Source: Planctomycetota bacterium (GTDB taxonomy: Bacteria > Planctomycetota > SZUA-567 > H5-PLA8). From it: DNA of 64,000 bases. How positions within the stretch are numbered: position 1 is the first letter of the stretch; each line of letters starts with the position of its first letter. Of this stretch, positions 9,729 to 19,564 are shown piece by piece. The notes beneath the pieces were generated by a model. The model saw only the letters and a list, made by a program, of their open reading frames with translations, ran no database searches and was not told the origin of the DNA. The position numbers were made by a program, and so were the translations under genes. The stretch covers positions 32,001 through 96,000 of the forward strand of contig JBBRPR010000013.1 of assembly GCA_038227875.1 (NCBI GenBank), in the 5' to 3' direction.

Positions 9729-12700
9729 ATGATCAAAAACATCGGCGGTGGTCTATTGTCTTCACGCATTCCGTTGGCAGTACTTTGCGCAACGCTGCTG
9801 GGCGCTGGAACCGTCCGCGCCGAGGCTGATTACGAGTACGCAAAATCGCTGCTCGAGCGCGAAGACCCGACATTTCGCACCGTCGATCTCGTGAAGCATC
9901 TCATCGCGCAGCTCGAAGCCGATCCGAGAACCGTTAGCGAAGCCAATCTGATTCACGCCCTGCTCGACCGCCACGAAGCCCGCACGGCGACCGTCGGCAC
10001 GCGCGCAAAGTTCCTCGCCGACGCCGAAAAACAGTACGCGAAAATCCTGACCGGCCCGAAGACCTTCGCGCACTACGCCCTAGCCGAACGCGAAGCTGGG
10101 ACGCTGGATTACGAATGCGCCCGCGCTCTAAAGAAGAGCGCCACCGAAGAGCCCGCCAACGCCGCACAGTATCAACGCGAGGCGGCCGCGCTGTTCGCGA
10201 AGATCGCGGAGAAGTACAAGGCCGCCGCGGACAAGGCGTATCCACCGTTCGACAGAGCGTGCCTCGAGATCGATGCCTGGATTCAGAAGAACGATCCGGA
10301 CATGGAAGGCAAAGCGGTTCCGCCCGCGCTTCTCGCCGCTGCGGAGAAGACGTTCGAAACGTGGCTGGATCCCGATCAGCGCTACGTCGTCACGCTGCTG
10401 GATCAGCTCGACTGCATTCCGGAATCCGATGCCGCGCGCAGCACCTTCGCCGCGGACATCGTGAAGATCTGCGAGGCGCGCAGTAACAACGACCACCTGT
10501 TCAAGCAGGAAACCACCGTCGCGTGGTACGAGATGATGGCCGGCAAGACCTTCGCGCTGCAAGGCAATTCCGCAGAGGCTGAGACGCACTGGACGGAGGC
10601 CTGGCGAGCGCCGGCGTTGCAGAAAGCGATCACGCGCGAACGCATTCGCCTCAGTATGAAGCTGAAGAAGTACGCCGATGTCATCCGCCGCGTCGAAGAG
10701 CTCGACGGCGAGCTCTCGCAGATGCTCAGCGACGACGCGGGCAAGGAAATTCTGGAGACGTACACCCGCGCGCTAACGCTGGTGCCAGATGCTACGGCCG
10801 ACGACTATCAGCGCTCGATTCGCGTACTGCAGACGCTGATCGATCACGAGAGCGCCGGCGGTGCGGTCTCGCCATGGAGCAACCAATTCAGTGCCGCGAT
10901 GTCCGAAGTCGTCACGGCCGCGCGGCAAAAGATGATGCTGCCTGCGTTGCGCCCTGCCGAATGGTTCAGCGCGGCCACAGGATATGAACTCCACGCCGAC
11001 TACGAACACGCGCGCTACACAGAAGGCTTGCGCATTACGGATTTGCAGCGCACGGAACGCGATCAACCCCGTGCGCATCTGGCCATTTCCGTCGCCGAAT
11101 ACGAAAAGGCAGCGGAGTGCTTCCGCCACGCGATCACCGCCGCGCATTCCGCGCCGCCCGCGATGCGGTTAAGCGTCGAACCAAAAGCGTGGCTGCAATT
11201 AGGACGCTGTTATCTGCGCACCGAGGACTACGGCGAAGCGCTGGTCGCCTACCGCGCGTTCAAATCGCTTTACGCGCCCAAGAATCGCACGTGGCTGCCG
11301 GACCCGGCGAAATCGGAATCGCGCGCGTTCTATACGCGACAGGTCAACGCCAGCATCGCGGACCTCGGACCCATGCTCGAGAAGAGCGAAGCCGCCGCAA
11401 AATATGCGCTCAACGAAGCGGTCCGGCGCAGGATTTTACCGCGAGCAATAATTGACGAGGTCGGCAGCCCGAGCGCCGACCGCGATTTTCAGCGCGCTCG
11501 TGCGGAAGCGAAAGTCGCCATCGATTGCCTGGAGACCGCGCGCAAGCAATTGAGTTCCGCGCCCGCCGACGCCGCAGCCAATTTCGCGCAGGCGGCGGAA
11601 GCGTATGACAAAGCGGCGGAGTCCTTCGCGAAAGTGAAGCCGGCGAGTCCGGACTACGAAACCGCGCTGCTCAGCGTTGCCCGCGCCTATGCCGCGGAAC
11701 AGAATCTGTTTGCGACGGAGCGTTTGAAGGATCTGAAGCCTGAAGACCAGAAGAAGCGCGCGCACGACTATGCGCAGAAGGCGCTCGACGCATTCCAGCG
11801 CTACGACGATTACATCGCGCAGACGGCGGCGGCGACGGACTCCATCACCAGCGAGCGCGAAAAACAGCGCGGCTCCTTGCTGTTGACCCGTTCGTCGCTC
11901 TGCTGTGCGGTCGGAGCGTACGCACCGGCGTTGCGGCACGTTGAAGCGTATCTGACGTGGCAGCGGGCCAATCCCGCGTCGCAAGATGGGATGGACGCGG
12001 CGCTCTTCAACAAGTTTCGCGCGTTGATCGAACTCGCTGCGGGCCCAGCCGGTCCGGAGCAGGAAAAGTTATTCAGCGACGCGACCGACACCATGGCCGC
12101 CTGGCACGCGCGCAAACCGGCCGACACCGCGACATATGGCTACATGCTCACGCGGTTGGAACAGCGGCTGGAAGCCATCGCGGCGGAAGCCGCGACCGCC
12201 AAGAATGCCGATGCCGTCGCCAGCTGCTACGCGAAAATCGCGGAATTCGAGGAACAGCGTTTCGCGCTCTACAAAGCCGGCGAGCCAACGCTCAAGGATT
12301 TCAGCTACCTGCTTTACGCGCTGAAGCGTGCCAATCAGACCGCGAAGGCCATTGATGCGGGCAAGAAGCTGCTCGACACGTTCGACCCGAAGGGTACCGG
12401 CGTGCACATCGCCGACGAGCCCGCGCCATGGCAGCAACTCCTGACGCGCATGATTGGCGACGCCAACGCCGGCGTGAAGGGCATGATTCGCTTCAACGAT
12501 CTGAACAAATGGGATCGCTGCAAGCAGGATCACACGCTGCTGATCGACTACATGTACGACTCGCCCAACGCCGCGCAGTATCCCAACGGCGACGCGCACC
12601 GCCCGGCGGCCGATCGCTTCAACATGGACATGGAAAAAGCGCTCGCGCAGGCGCAGACGATTCGCCGCAATTATCCCGACTGCGCAACGCTCAAGCCGGA

Positions 12701-13199
12701 ACTCGGCGACAACGGCAAATCGCTGCTGACGATCATCGAAGAGGAGATCGATTACCGCCGCAAAATCGCCGCGACGCGCGTGCTGGTGATCGAACTGGCG
12801 ACAAAGCAGTGCGAGGAGCTCGATCGAGCCGGCAAGTCAGACGAGGCCAAGGCCTACCGCTCACTCGCCAGCGACCTGCTGCAGAAGGAGATCGACGCCG
12901 GCCACGACACGGACGAGATTCGCCTCAAGAAAGCCGGCCTGGATGCGATCCTCGAGAAGTACGAAGAGGCGCTGACGCTGCTGAACGCGCTGCGTAATGA
13001 ATCGCCCACGGATTCGACAATGTACTTCGACGCGTCGAAACTGCGCTCCACCATCTACGCCAAGCAGCAGAAGTGGCGCGACGCGATCGAATACCCGGCG
13101 TTCCTCGAACAGATCGTCGGGTACGACGGCAAGATGGTCACAGAACGCTGGCCGGAAATGAAGGCGTTTTTGAAGGAGTGCCGCGATCACATCAAATGA
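9729..13199 (+). CDS. Large secreted all-helical TPR-like protein (1156 aa)
   Basis: GAGGAG RBS; Sec-type signal ending VRA|E; Ala-rich helical repeats such as AWLQLGRCYLRTEDYGEALVAY. Confidence 0.75.
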   Translation: MIKNIGGGLLSSRIPLAVLCATLLGAGTVRAEADYEYAKSLLEREDPTFRTVDLVKHLIAQLEADPRTVSEANLIHALLDRHEARTATVGTRAKFLADAEKQYAKILTGPKTFAHYALAEREAGTLDYECARALKKSATEEPANAAQYQREAAALFAKIAEKYKAAADKAYPPFDRACLEIDAWIQKNDPDMEGKAVPPALLAAAEKTFETWLDPDQRYVVTLLDQLDCIPESDAARSTFAADIVKICEARSNNDHLFKQETTVAWYEMMAGKTFALQGNSAEAETHWTEAWRAPALQKAITRERIRLSMKLKKYADVIRRVEELDGELSQMLSDDAGKEILETYTRALTLVPDATADDYQRSIRVLQTLIDHESAGGAVSPWSNQFSAAMSEVVTAARQKMMLPALRPAEWFSAATGYELHADYEHARYTEGLRITDLQRTERDQPRAHLAISVAEYEKAAECFRHAITAAHSAPPAMRLSVEPKAWLQLGRCYLRTEDYGEALVAYRAFKSLYAPKNRTWLPDPAKSESRAFYTRQVNASIADLGPMLEKSEAAAKYALNEAVRRRILPRAIIDEVGSPSADRDFQRARAEAKVAIDCLETARKQLSSAPADAAANFAQAAEAYDKAAESFAKVKPASPDYETALLSVARAYAAEQNLFATERLKDLKPEDQKKRAHDYAQKALDAFQRYDDYIAQTAAATDSITSEREKQRGSLLLTRSSLCCAVGAYAPALRHVEAYLTWQRANPASQDGMDAALFNKFRALIELAAGPAGPEQEKLFSDATDTMAAWHARKPADTATYGYMLTRLEQRLEAIAAEAATAKNADAVASCYAKIAEFEEQRFALYKAGEPTLKDFSYLLYALKRANQTAKAIDAGKKLLDTFDPKGTGVHIADEPAPWQQLLTRMIGDANAGVKGMIRFNDLNKWDRCKQDHTLLIDYMYDSPNAAQYPNGDAHRPAADRFNMDMEKALAQAQTIRRNYPDCATLKPELGDNGKSLLTIIEEEIDYRRKIAATRVLVIELATKQCEELDRAGKSDEAKAYRSLASDLLQKEIDAGHDTDEIRLKKAGLDAILEKYEEALTLLNALRNESPTDSTMYFDASKLRSTIYAKQQKWRDAIEYPAFLEQIVGYDGKMVTERWPEMKAFLKECRDHIK

Positions 13200-13206
13200 C
13201 GTCGCG

Positions 13207-14157
13207 TTACAAGCCGTGGTGGACGAGGTAGCGTTCGACTTCCAGCGCGGCTTTGCAACCCATGCCGGCGGCGGTGATGGCCTGGCGGTAACGGCGGTCG
13301 TGACAATCGCCGGCAGCGTAAACACCAGCCACGTTCGATTCCTGCCGGTCGTTTACTTTGATGTAGCCGTCGGCGTCGAGTTCCACCTGGTCGCGCAGCA
13401 GGGTCGTCGTCGGAATGTGGCCGATGGCGACGAAGACTCCGGCGATCGGCATTTCTTTGGTCGCGCCGGTCTGAATGTGTTTCAAGCGCACCCCGGTGAC
13501 GATTTTCTTTTTTTCGTCGCCTAAGATTTCATCGACGACCTGGTTGAGCTCCCACTTGATCACGGGATTGGCGTGCGCGCGGTCGATCATCACTTTCGAC
13601 GCGCGAAATTCTTCGCGGCGGTGGATCACGGTGACCGACGAACACATCTTGGCGAGGTACGTGGCCTCTTCCATCGCGCTGTCGCCGCCGCCGACAACCA
13701 CCACGGGCATCTTGCGATAGAAACTGCCGTCGCAGACCGCGCACGTCGTCACACCGCTGCCCTTCGGCGGTGAATACTGCTCTTCGCCCTTCACGCCCAG
13801 CCAGCGCGGCGCGGCTCCGGTCGCATAGATCAGCGTGTGCGCGCGGACTATCTTCCCGCCGCCGTAGGTCACGGTGACCGGCTGCGATTTGGTATCGATG
13901 TGTTCGACGGCCTCGAAGACCAGCTTGGCGCCGCAGTGCTTGGCCTGCGCCATCATGTCTTCCATCAATTGCGGTCCCATCACGCCAGCCTTGAAGCCCG
14001 GGTAGTTTTCGACTTCGCTGGTCTTGGTCAGCTGCCCGCCGGGCGTCGCTCCGGCCAGCAGCAGCGGATTCAAATTCGCGCGCGCGGCGTAGATCGCGGC
14101 GGTCAATCCCGCGGGTCCGGAACCGACGATCACGGTTTTCAGAATTTCATCGGCCAT
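13207..14157 (-). CDS. trxB: Thioredoxin-disulfide reductase
   Basis: GSGPAGLTAAIY, VENYPGF, CAVC active site, GGGDSA, HRR, RQAITAAG. Confidence 0.97.
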   Translation of the reverse strand: MADEILKTVIVGSGPAGLTAAIYAARANLNPLLLAGATPGGQLTKTSEVENYPGFKAGVMGPQLMEDMMAQAKHCGAKLVFEAVEHIDTKSQPVTVTYGGGKIVRAHTLIYATGAAPRWLGVKGEEQYSPPKGSGVTTCAVCDGSFYRKMPVVVVGGGDSAMEEATYLAKMCSSVTVIHRREEFRASKVMIDRAHANPVIKWELNQVVDEILGDEKKKIVTGVRLKHIQTGATKEMPIAGVFVAIGHIPTTTLLRDQVELDADGYIKVNDRQESNVAGVYAAGDCHDRRYRQAITAAGMGCKAALEVERYLVHHGL

Positions 14158-14162
14158 GGCAT

Positions 14163-14972
14163 TTACTCCATTTCAAGGATCAGTCCGTCGTACGCGAGCC
14201 GCGTTTCCGGCGGCAGCTTTGCTTCGAACGAGCGGTGTTCGATTTCGTGAGCAATGTGGCCGAAGAACGTGCGTCGCGGTTCGATCCGGCGGATCGCGGC
14301 CTGCGCCTCTTCAAAATTCATGTGGGTGGGATGCGACTTTTCGCGCAGCATATCCAGCACCAGCGTATCCGCCCCTTTAAGTGCGGCATACGCGGGTTCG
14401 GGGATGATCTTGACGTCCAGACAGTACGCCAGCGCCCGGCTGCCGCGCGAGCGGATGATCAGGCCCAACGATTTGATGATGGTATGGTCGAGTTCCAGCG
14501 GCAGGAACTCCAGCGCGCCGATCTGAAACGGAGTGCCATACGTAATTTCGCGTCCTTTCAGGCACGGCAGTCCGAAGCGCAGCGCATCCTGTTCGACCAG
14601 CACGTAGTCGAAGCTGTGCTTGATCTGCTTCAACGTCGCCGCGGTCGCGTAACAATCGATCACTCGGTTCTGCAGCGTGTTGAAGCGGCGCACGTCGTCG
14701 ATGCCGACCACGTGATCGGCGTGGTAATGCGTGATCAGCACCGCGTCGATGTGCTTCACGTTGGAGCGCAGCATCTGCGTGCGGAAATCGGGCGTGGTGT
14801 CGATGACGACGGTCGTGTCGTTGCGGCCGCTCTCGTCGTAACTGCGCACCAGGATGGAGGAGCGCAGACGTTTGTTCAGCGGATCGGTCGAGAGGCAGAC
14901 GGCGCAATCGCAGCCGATGGTGGGCACTCCCACGGACGTACCGCTGCCGAGAATTTCGACGCTGAATTTCAT
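14163..14972 (-). CDS. MBL-fold metallo-hydrolase (PhnP-like)
   Basis: LGSGTS.GVP.IGCDCAVC and THYHADH motifs; ATGA overlap with the stop of the upstream gene. Confidence 0.92.
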   Translation of the reverse strand: MKFSVEILGSGTSVGVPTIGCDCAVCLSTDPLNKRLRSSILVRSYDESGRNDTTVVIDTTPDFRTQMLRSNVKHIDAVLITHYHADHVVGIDDVRRFNTLQNRVIDCYATAATLKQIKHSFDYVLVEQDALRFGLPCLKGREITYGTPFQIGALEFLPLELDHTIIKSLGLIIRSRGSRALAYCLDVKIIPEPAYAALKGADTLVLDMLREKSHPTHMNFEEAQAAIRRIEPRRTFFGHIAHEIEHRSFEAKLPPETRLAYDGLILEME

Positions 14973-15826
14973 CGCCATCCAGCCAGCTCCGCGGTGTCGA
15001 AGACCGGGCCATCCTGACAGACGGTGCGACGCATCAGGCCTGTTTTCGGATGCGGCGTCACGCCGTCGACGACACACGCGCGGCAAACGCCGACACCGCA
15101 ACCCATGCGTGCTTCCAGCGAGACGCGCACGGGCAGATTCAGTTTCGTGCCGATTCGCGCGGCGGCTTCCATCATCGGTTCCGGACCAGCGGCGTAGAGG
15201 CCCACGCGCTTTCCTTTGAGCTCCCCGGCCAGCAGCGCTTCCACGGCTTGAACGGCGTTGCCGCGGAAACCGGCGGAGCCATCATCGGTTGCGCGGTGGA
15301 GCGTGCCCGGGGCGCGGATCAACTCTTCGCGGACCAGTTGGTCGGCGTTGCGCGCGGCGAGGATCAGATGCCAAGACCCGCTCGTGGCGGCCTTGCGAAA
15401 AAAGAAGACCAGCGGCGCGACACCACTGCCGCCGCCGAGCGCCACGTGGACATCGACGTTCGGGATCGGTTCGAATCCCCGGCCGAGTGGACCGATGATG
15501 CGCAGACTTTTCGGAAGTGACGAAAGTATGGATGCTTCGGCGGTGGCGCGGAGGACTTCGGTGCCGAATCCGGCCACGAAGTAGAGCAATTCGATCTCGT
15601 CGCCGCGCGCATCGAGAATCGCCAGGGGGCGTGGGAGCAGCGGTTCGGAGCGTCCGCCGATGTCCGGCGCGCAGGCGATCATCACGAACTGGCCGGGCTG
15701 CACGCGGCGCGCGATCTCCGGGCAGCGCAGCCGCAGCAGGTAATACCGCGATGACGCCGGTTCCTGATGCGTCACGGTGGCCGTGGTCTGGACGAAGGTT
15801 TCTCTGGAGCAGGCGTGATCTGTCAT
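14969..15826 (-). CDS. pyrK: Dihydroorotate dehydrogenase electron transfer subunit-like FAD/[2Fe-2S] protein
   Basis: PGQFVMI, RPLAI, GGGSGVAP, SLEARMGCGVGVCRAC...CQDGPVF. Confidence 0.88.
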   Translation of the reverse strand: MTDHACSRETFVQTTATVTHQEPASSRYYLLRLRCPEIARRVQPGQFVMIACAPDIGGRSEPLLPRPLAILDARGDEIELLYFVAGFGTEVLRATAEASILSSLPKSLRIIGPLGRGFEPIPNVDVHVALGGGSGVAPLVFFFRKAATSGSWHLILAARNADQLVREELIRAPGTLHRATDDGSAGFRGNAVQAVEALLAGELKGKRVGLYAAGPEPMMEAAARIGTKLNLPVRVSLEARMGCGVGVCRACVVDGVTPHPKTGLMRRTVCQDGPVFDTAELAGWR

Positions 15827-15871
15827 GCTGAGCCAATACTATGAGCAAGCGTTTTGCCGCGAAAGTGAAAG

Positions 15872-16261
15872 CTATCGTTCGCGGTAGGTCGCCGAGCAGC
15901 CGGGAGATTCGAAGACCTGGACGCTGCTCATCTTGACGACCGGCGGCAGACGCTTGCCGATGCGCTGGTAGAGCACCATGGCGATGTTCTCGGCGCTGGG
16001 CGAGATGTTTCCGCCAGTTGCTTTGAATTCTTCAACGTTCTCGTTGAGGAATCCGTAGTGCAGGCGGCCAACCTCTTCTTCGATCACGGGCTTCAGATCG
16101 AGAAAATCGATCGCCATCCCGGCGCGGTCCACGCGTTCGCCGGTCACGGTGACGATCACGCGAAAGTTGTGGCCGTGAGTGGGCTCAGTCGTGCCTTTGT
16201 ATTCACGCAGCGCGTGCGCGGCGCAAAAGTGGGTTTCGATGCTGACGTCAAAGTAGGGCAT
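15872..16261 (-). CDS. queD: 6-carboxytetrahydropterin synthase
   Basis: FCAAH.L, HGHNF, IDF, SAENIA, VFES motifs. The usual C-x3-HGH cysteine is replaced by Thr. Confidence 0.85.
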   Translation of the reverse strand: MPYFDVSIETHFCAAHALREYKGTTEPTHGHNFRVIVTVTGERVDRAGMAIDFLDLKPVIEEEVGRLHYGFLNENVEEFKATGGNISPSAENIAMVLYQRIGKRLPPVVKMSSVQVFESPGCSATYRER

Positions 16262-16353
16262 GGGAACTCCGGAATGGCCAAGGTCGAAGGACGAATGTCG
16301 AAAAAGGAGTCTAGCGAAGGCATCGCTCGCCGCTAATCCAATATGAGCCAGTG

Positions 16354-16379
16354 ACCCTATGGACTACAGTCCATAGGGT
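16354..16379. repeat. Perfect 12-bp palindrome resembling an IS200/IS605 end or REP hairpin
   Basis: ACCCTATGGACT-AC-AGTCCATAGGGT. Confidence 0.55.
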
Positions 16380-16554
16380 TGTCGGGGCGTTTTCGTTACG
16401 AATCCCGAATCCCCATTCCCAAATCCCGCAATTTCGAGTCAGTTTCGAATAATACAACACTTTGATCACCCCATCCATTTACCTCTTTCAGGCTTCAGGA
16501 TAGAGTCCTTCCTGTGTGACGAGCACAGTTCTCAACTCAAACGAAGGAGTAACA

Positions 16555-17340
16555 ATGAAAGCCCTGACGACCGAGCAGTGCGAATTTTACAAGGAAAACG
16601 GGTACCTGATCATTGAAGACTTCCTCAAGAAGCCCGAGATCGACGGGTTGCTCAACGCACTGGACCGCGTCGTCGAAGAGAAAGCGCGGGATCTTTCCAA
16701 GGACAAGGGCGACTTCAATCTCGAGAAAACCAGCGGCGGCTTCAGCGGCGATGTGGTCGCGCCGGGTCTACTGCGCAAGATTCAGAGCATCGTGGATTAC
16801 TCACCAGAGTTCGCCGGACTGTGCGAAAGCGACAAGATGCTCAACGCCGTCGAAGATCTGATCGGCTCGACCATCTACTACCATTCATCCAAGCTGATGT
16901 TCAAGCCCGCCAAACACGGCGGCATCAAGCCCTGGCACCAGGACTACGCCTACTGGGCCAGCACCAAGCCCGAGCAGATCACCTGCTGGCTGGCGCTGGA
17001 CGACGCGACGCCGGAGAACGGCTGCATGCAGCTGGTTCCCGGTTCGCACAAGTACGGACTGGTCAAGCACGGCCAGGAAGAATTGCAGATCGATCTGAAG
17101 AACGTGCCGACCGAGAAGATTAAGGTCGCGCCAATGAAAGCCGGCTCAATCCTGCTCTTCCATGTGTTGACGCTGCATCATTCCGGCCCGAATCGTTCCG
17201 ACAAGAGCCGCCGCGCGTTCATCGTCGATTACGATCCGAATAAGCGCCCGGAGAACAGCAAGGATCTGGCGGGGGATCGCCTGTTGCGCCTGAACGGCGT
17301 GCGCGCGGGTTCGGTGATTCCGCAGGCGGTGAATGCTTAA
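16555..17340 (+). CDS. Phytanoyl-CoA dioxygenase (PhyH) family Fe(II)/2-oxoglutarate dioxygenase
   Basis: WHQD, ENGCMQLVPGSH, HHSGPN.S...RR motifs; AAGGAG RBS before ATG 16555. Confidence 0.92.
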   Translation: MKALTTEQCEFYKENGYLIIEDFLKKPEIDGLLNALDRVVEEKARDLSKDKGDFNLEKTSGGFSGDVVAPGLLRKIQSIVDYSPEFAGLCESDKMLNAVEDLIGSTIYYHSSKLMFKPAKHGGIKPWHQDYAYWASTKPEQITCWLALDDATPENGCMQLVPGSHKYGLVKHGQEELQIDLKNVPTEKIKVAPMKAGSILLFHVLTLHHSGPNRSDKSRRAFIVDYDPNKRPENSKDLAGDRLLRLNGVRAGSVIPQAVNA

Positions 17341-17371
17341 CGGACGGGATTCGGGATTAGGGATTCGGCAA

Positions 17372-17414
17372 TCGAAAAGAAACGCCCCGCTTATGCGGGG
17401 CGTTTCTGTTTCGA
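17372..17414. terminator. Probable bidirectional intrinsic terminator between convergent genes
   Basis: 13-bp stem AGAAACGCCCCGC-TTAT-GCGGGGCGTTTCT with A-rich and T-rich flanks. Confidence 0.75.
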
Positions 17415-17432
17415 ATCCCGAATGCCGGCCGA

Positions 17433-18968
17433 TCAGTTCCCCTTATCCTTCGTCTTATCCACGGGCTTGGGCTTTTCCTTCTCCTTCGCGTCCTTGTCTT
17501 TTTTGCGGAAGACGAATTCGAAGCGCGTGCGGCCGGTGACTTTGCCGAGGATGCCGGAATCGTATTCGACAGAGGCCTGGTATTCTTCGCTGACGTCGCG
17601 GGCGCGGCGGACGACCACGTCTTTCAAATCGCCATCGGGCGTGACGTCGTAGCGGCGCTTGCCGCCGATGTCCTGAATGTATTCAATCTTCATCTGGTCC
17701 TGGTAGACCTGGCCCAGGAACGCCCAGACGCTGACGGTTTTGAAATTCTCCGGGAAATATCGCTCGCTGCCTTCGCCGGAGAGCGTGGGCTTGTGGATGT
17801 AGACATCCTGGCCATCGGAATCGCATTCAACCTGCGCCGTGACCTTGCCACCGTACTTCGGCAGCGTGTTCTTGTCGCCGGGCAACACGGAGAAGCTGGT
17901 CTTGTCGCCCTTCTTCAGATAAATGATTTCCTTCCCGCGTTCGAATACTCCAAAGACCAGGTCGTACGCGCCGGGCGGAACTTTCATCGTCGGGCGGCGG
18001 TCGTTGAAGGAGAATGAACTGTCGGCGTTGCGAATGATCATCACGTCGATTTTCGATTCCTGCGCCTTCTGCGGCCACTTGAAGGCGTCGACGACGTTCA
18101 CGGTACCCAGGTCCATCTTCGGCGCGGGGCGCATTTCAACGGTCATGCCCGCGGGGTGAACGAGGATCTCGTAAAAGTCGTCGCCGATGGGGACGTACTT
18201 GCCAAGGAACGTCACCGGCGATTCGCCGGCAATCAGCGCGTCTTTTTCGACATCGTCAAACTTCCCATTTCCGTCGTCGTCGATCAGGGTGAATTTCTGG
18301 CCTTTGAAATCGAACTGGCGCGCCATGCAGCGCACAATCGCGTACTTTTCTTTTTCAACAACCTGCTTGAAGCGGAACGCGTAGTCGCCGGAGGTGCCGT
18401 CGTCGTAATGCAATTCGCAGGTGAACGGTTCGGTGTAGCCGTCGGGGCCGACCGGCGATGTTTCGCCACTGCCGGGTTTGCCGTCGCCGTTGAGGTCCAC
18501 CCAGATCACGCCGGCGGCGTAGCGGGCGACGAGTGCGGGATAATCCTTACCGGATTTATCTTTGCCGGAGTGCGGAAGTCCCAGTTCAACCGGGCCGCTT
18601 TCCTTGGGAAATGTGATGACGTGCTGCAATTCCGGATCGAGCACGCCGGCGGTCAGAAACTGGCGCGGGTTGGGCATGGGCAGCGCTTTGGCGTCAAGTT
18701 TTTGCCAGGCATTGTTGTTAGCCGCAGCGGGCACAACGGGCGGCGCGGGAACAGCGGGGGCCGCGGCTGGTCCGGGACCCGGACCAGGACCGGGCGGAAC
18801 GGGTGGAATCACCGGCGGAATAGCAGGGCCAGCATCGGCGCGCGGCGGCGGCACCGGACGCACCGGACGCGACGCGTCCTGCGGGACGGGCTCAGCCGCA
18901 AATAAATGGCCCGCCAGGATGCCCGAGATACCGCATAGGGCCAGCGCGGTCAGTGACTTACGCATCAT
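17433..18968 (-). CDS. Hypothetical secreted protein with Pro-rich linker and Asp/Gly-rich putative Ca-binding loops
   Basis: Signal peptide MMRKSLTALALCGISGILAGHLFA; DLNGDG and DDDGNGKFDD loops; Lys-rich tail. Confidence 0.75.
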   Translation of the reverse strand: MMRKSLTALALCGISGILAGHLFAAEPVPQDASRPVRPVPPPRADAGPAIPPVIPPVPPGPGPGPGPAAAPAVPAPPVVPAAANNNAWQKLDAKALPMPNPRQFLTAGVLDPELQHVITFPKESGPVELGLPHSGKDKSGKDYPALVARYAAGVIWVDLNGDGKPGSGETSPVGPDGYTEPFTCELHYDDGTSGDYAFRFKQVVEKEKYAIVRCMARQFDFKGQKFTLIDDDGNGKFDDVEKDALIAGESPVTFLGKYVPIGDDFYEILVHPAGMTVEMRPAPKMDLGTVNVVDAFKWPQKAQESKIDVMIIRNADSSFSFNDRRPTMKVPPGAYDLVFGVFERGKEIIYLKKGDKTSFSVLPGDKNTLPKYGGKVTAQVECDSDGQDVYIHKPTLSGEGSERYFPENFKTVSVWAFLGQVYQDQMKIEYIQDIGGKRRYDVTPDGDLKDVVVRRARDVSEEYQASVEYDSGILGKVTGRTRFEFVFRKKDKDAKEKEKPKPVDKTKDKGN

Positions 18969-19195
18969 CAATCCCTTCGTCCCCCACCCCATATAGTAAC
19001 CTATGATGTACTTCTAAGACTCGAATCCCGAAATTTCATTTCATCTAAATCGAATTTCAAAGCATTTTCTCTGTGTACTGGCTGCTTGTGCACTGTCCGG
19101 TCATAGGGGAAAGCAACTCTACCACTATAAGGGTGTACGCACGCGCAATGTTTGTGACTGCTTCGTCGACTCAAGGTGCACGTATAAGGTCGCTG

Positions 19196-19223
19196 TTGCC
19201 GTTCTGCGCTCTGGGTGTAAGAT
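19196..19223 (+). promoter_or_regulatory. Candidate sigma70-type promoter for the FmdB-family gene
   Basis: TTGCCG-16 nt-TAAGAT about 40 bp upstream of the ATG. Confidence 0.3.
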
Positions 19224-19261
19224 AGATCAGAGTACGGTAGGTCCCTTGAGGATTAACATCC

Positions 19262-19555
19262 ATGCCCACGTATGTTTACGGCCCGAACCCCGTCGGCGAG
19301 AAGCGCGATTGCGACGTCTGCGCGGGAACCTTCGAGACGACGCAGCGGATGAGCGAAGATGCGCTCACGAAATGCCCAAAATGCGGCAAGGAAATTCAGC
19401 GCATCATCATGGCGCCCAATCTTAACGGCGCCGGCGCGATGAAGAAGCCGAGCGACGACCGTCTGGCCAAGGCGGGATTCACGCAGTACAAGAAGAAGGG
19501 CAAAGGATATTACGAGAAGACGTTTGGTGGCGGGCCGTCGACGCTGGCGCCGTAA
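19262..19555 (+). CDS. FmdB-family zinc-ribbon regulatory protein
   Basis: MPTYVY...CDVC...[24 protein letters not shown]. Confidence 0.88.
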   Translation: MPTYVYGPNPVGEKRDCDVCAGTFETTQRMSEDALTKCPKCGKEIQRIIMAPNLNGAGAMKKPSDDRLAKAGFTQYKKKGKGYYEKTFGGGPSTLAP

Positions 19556-19564
19556 TTCTTAGTT

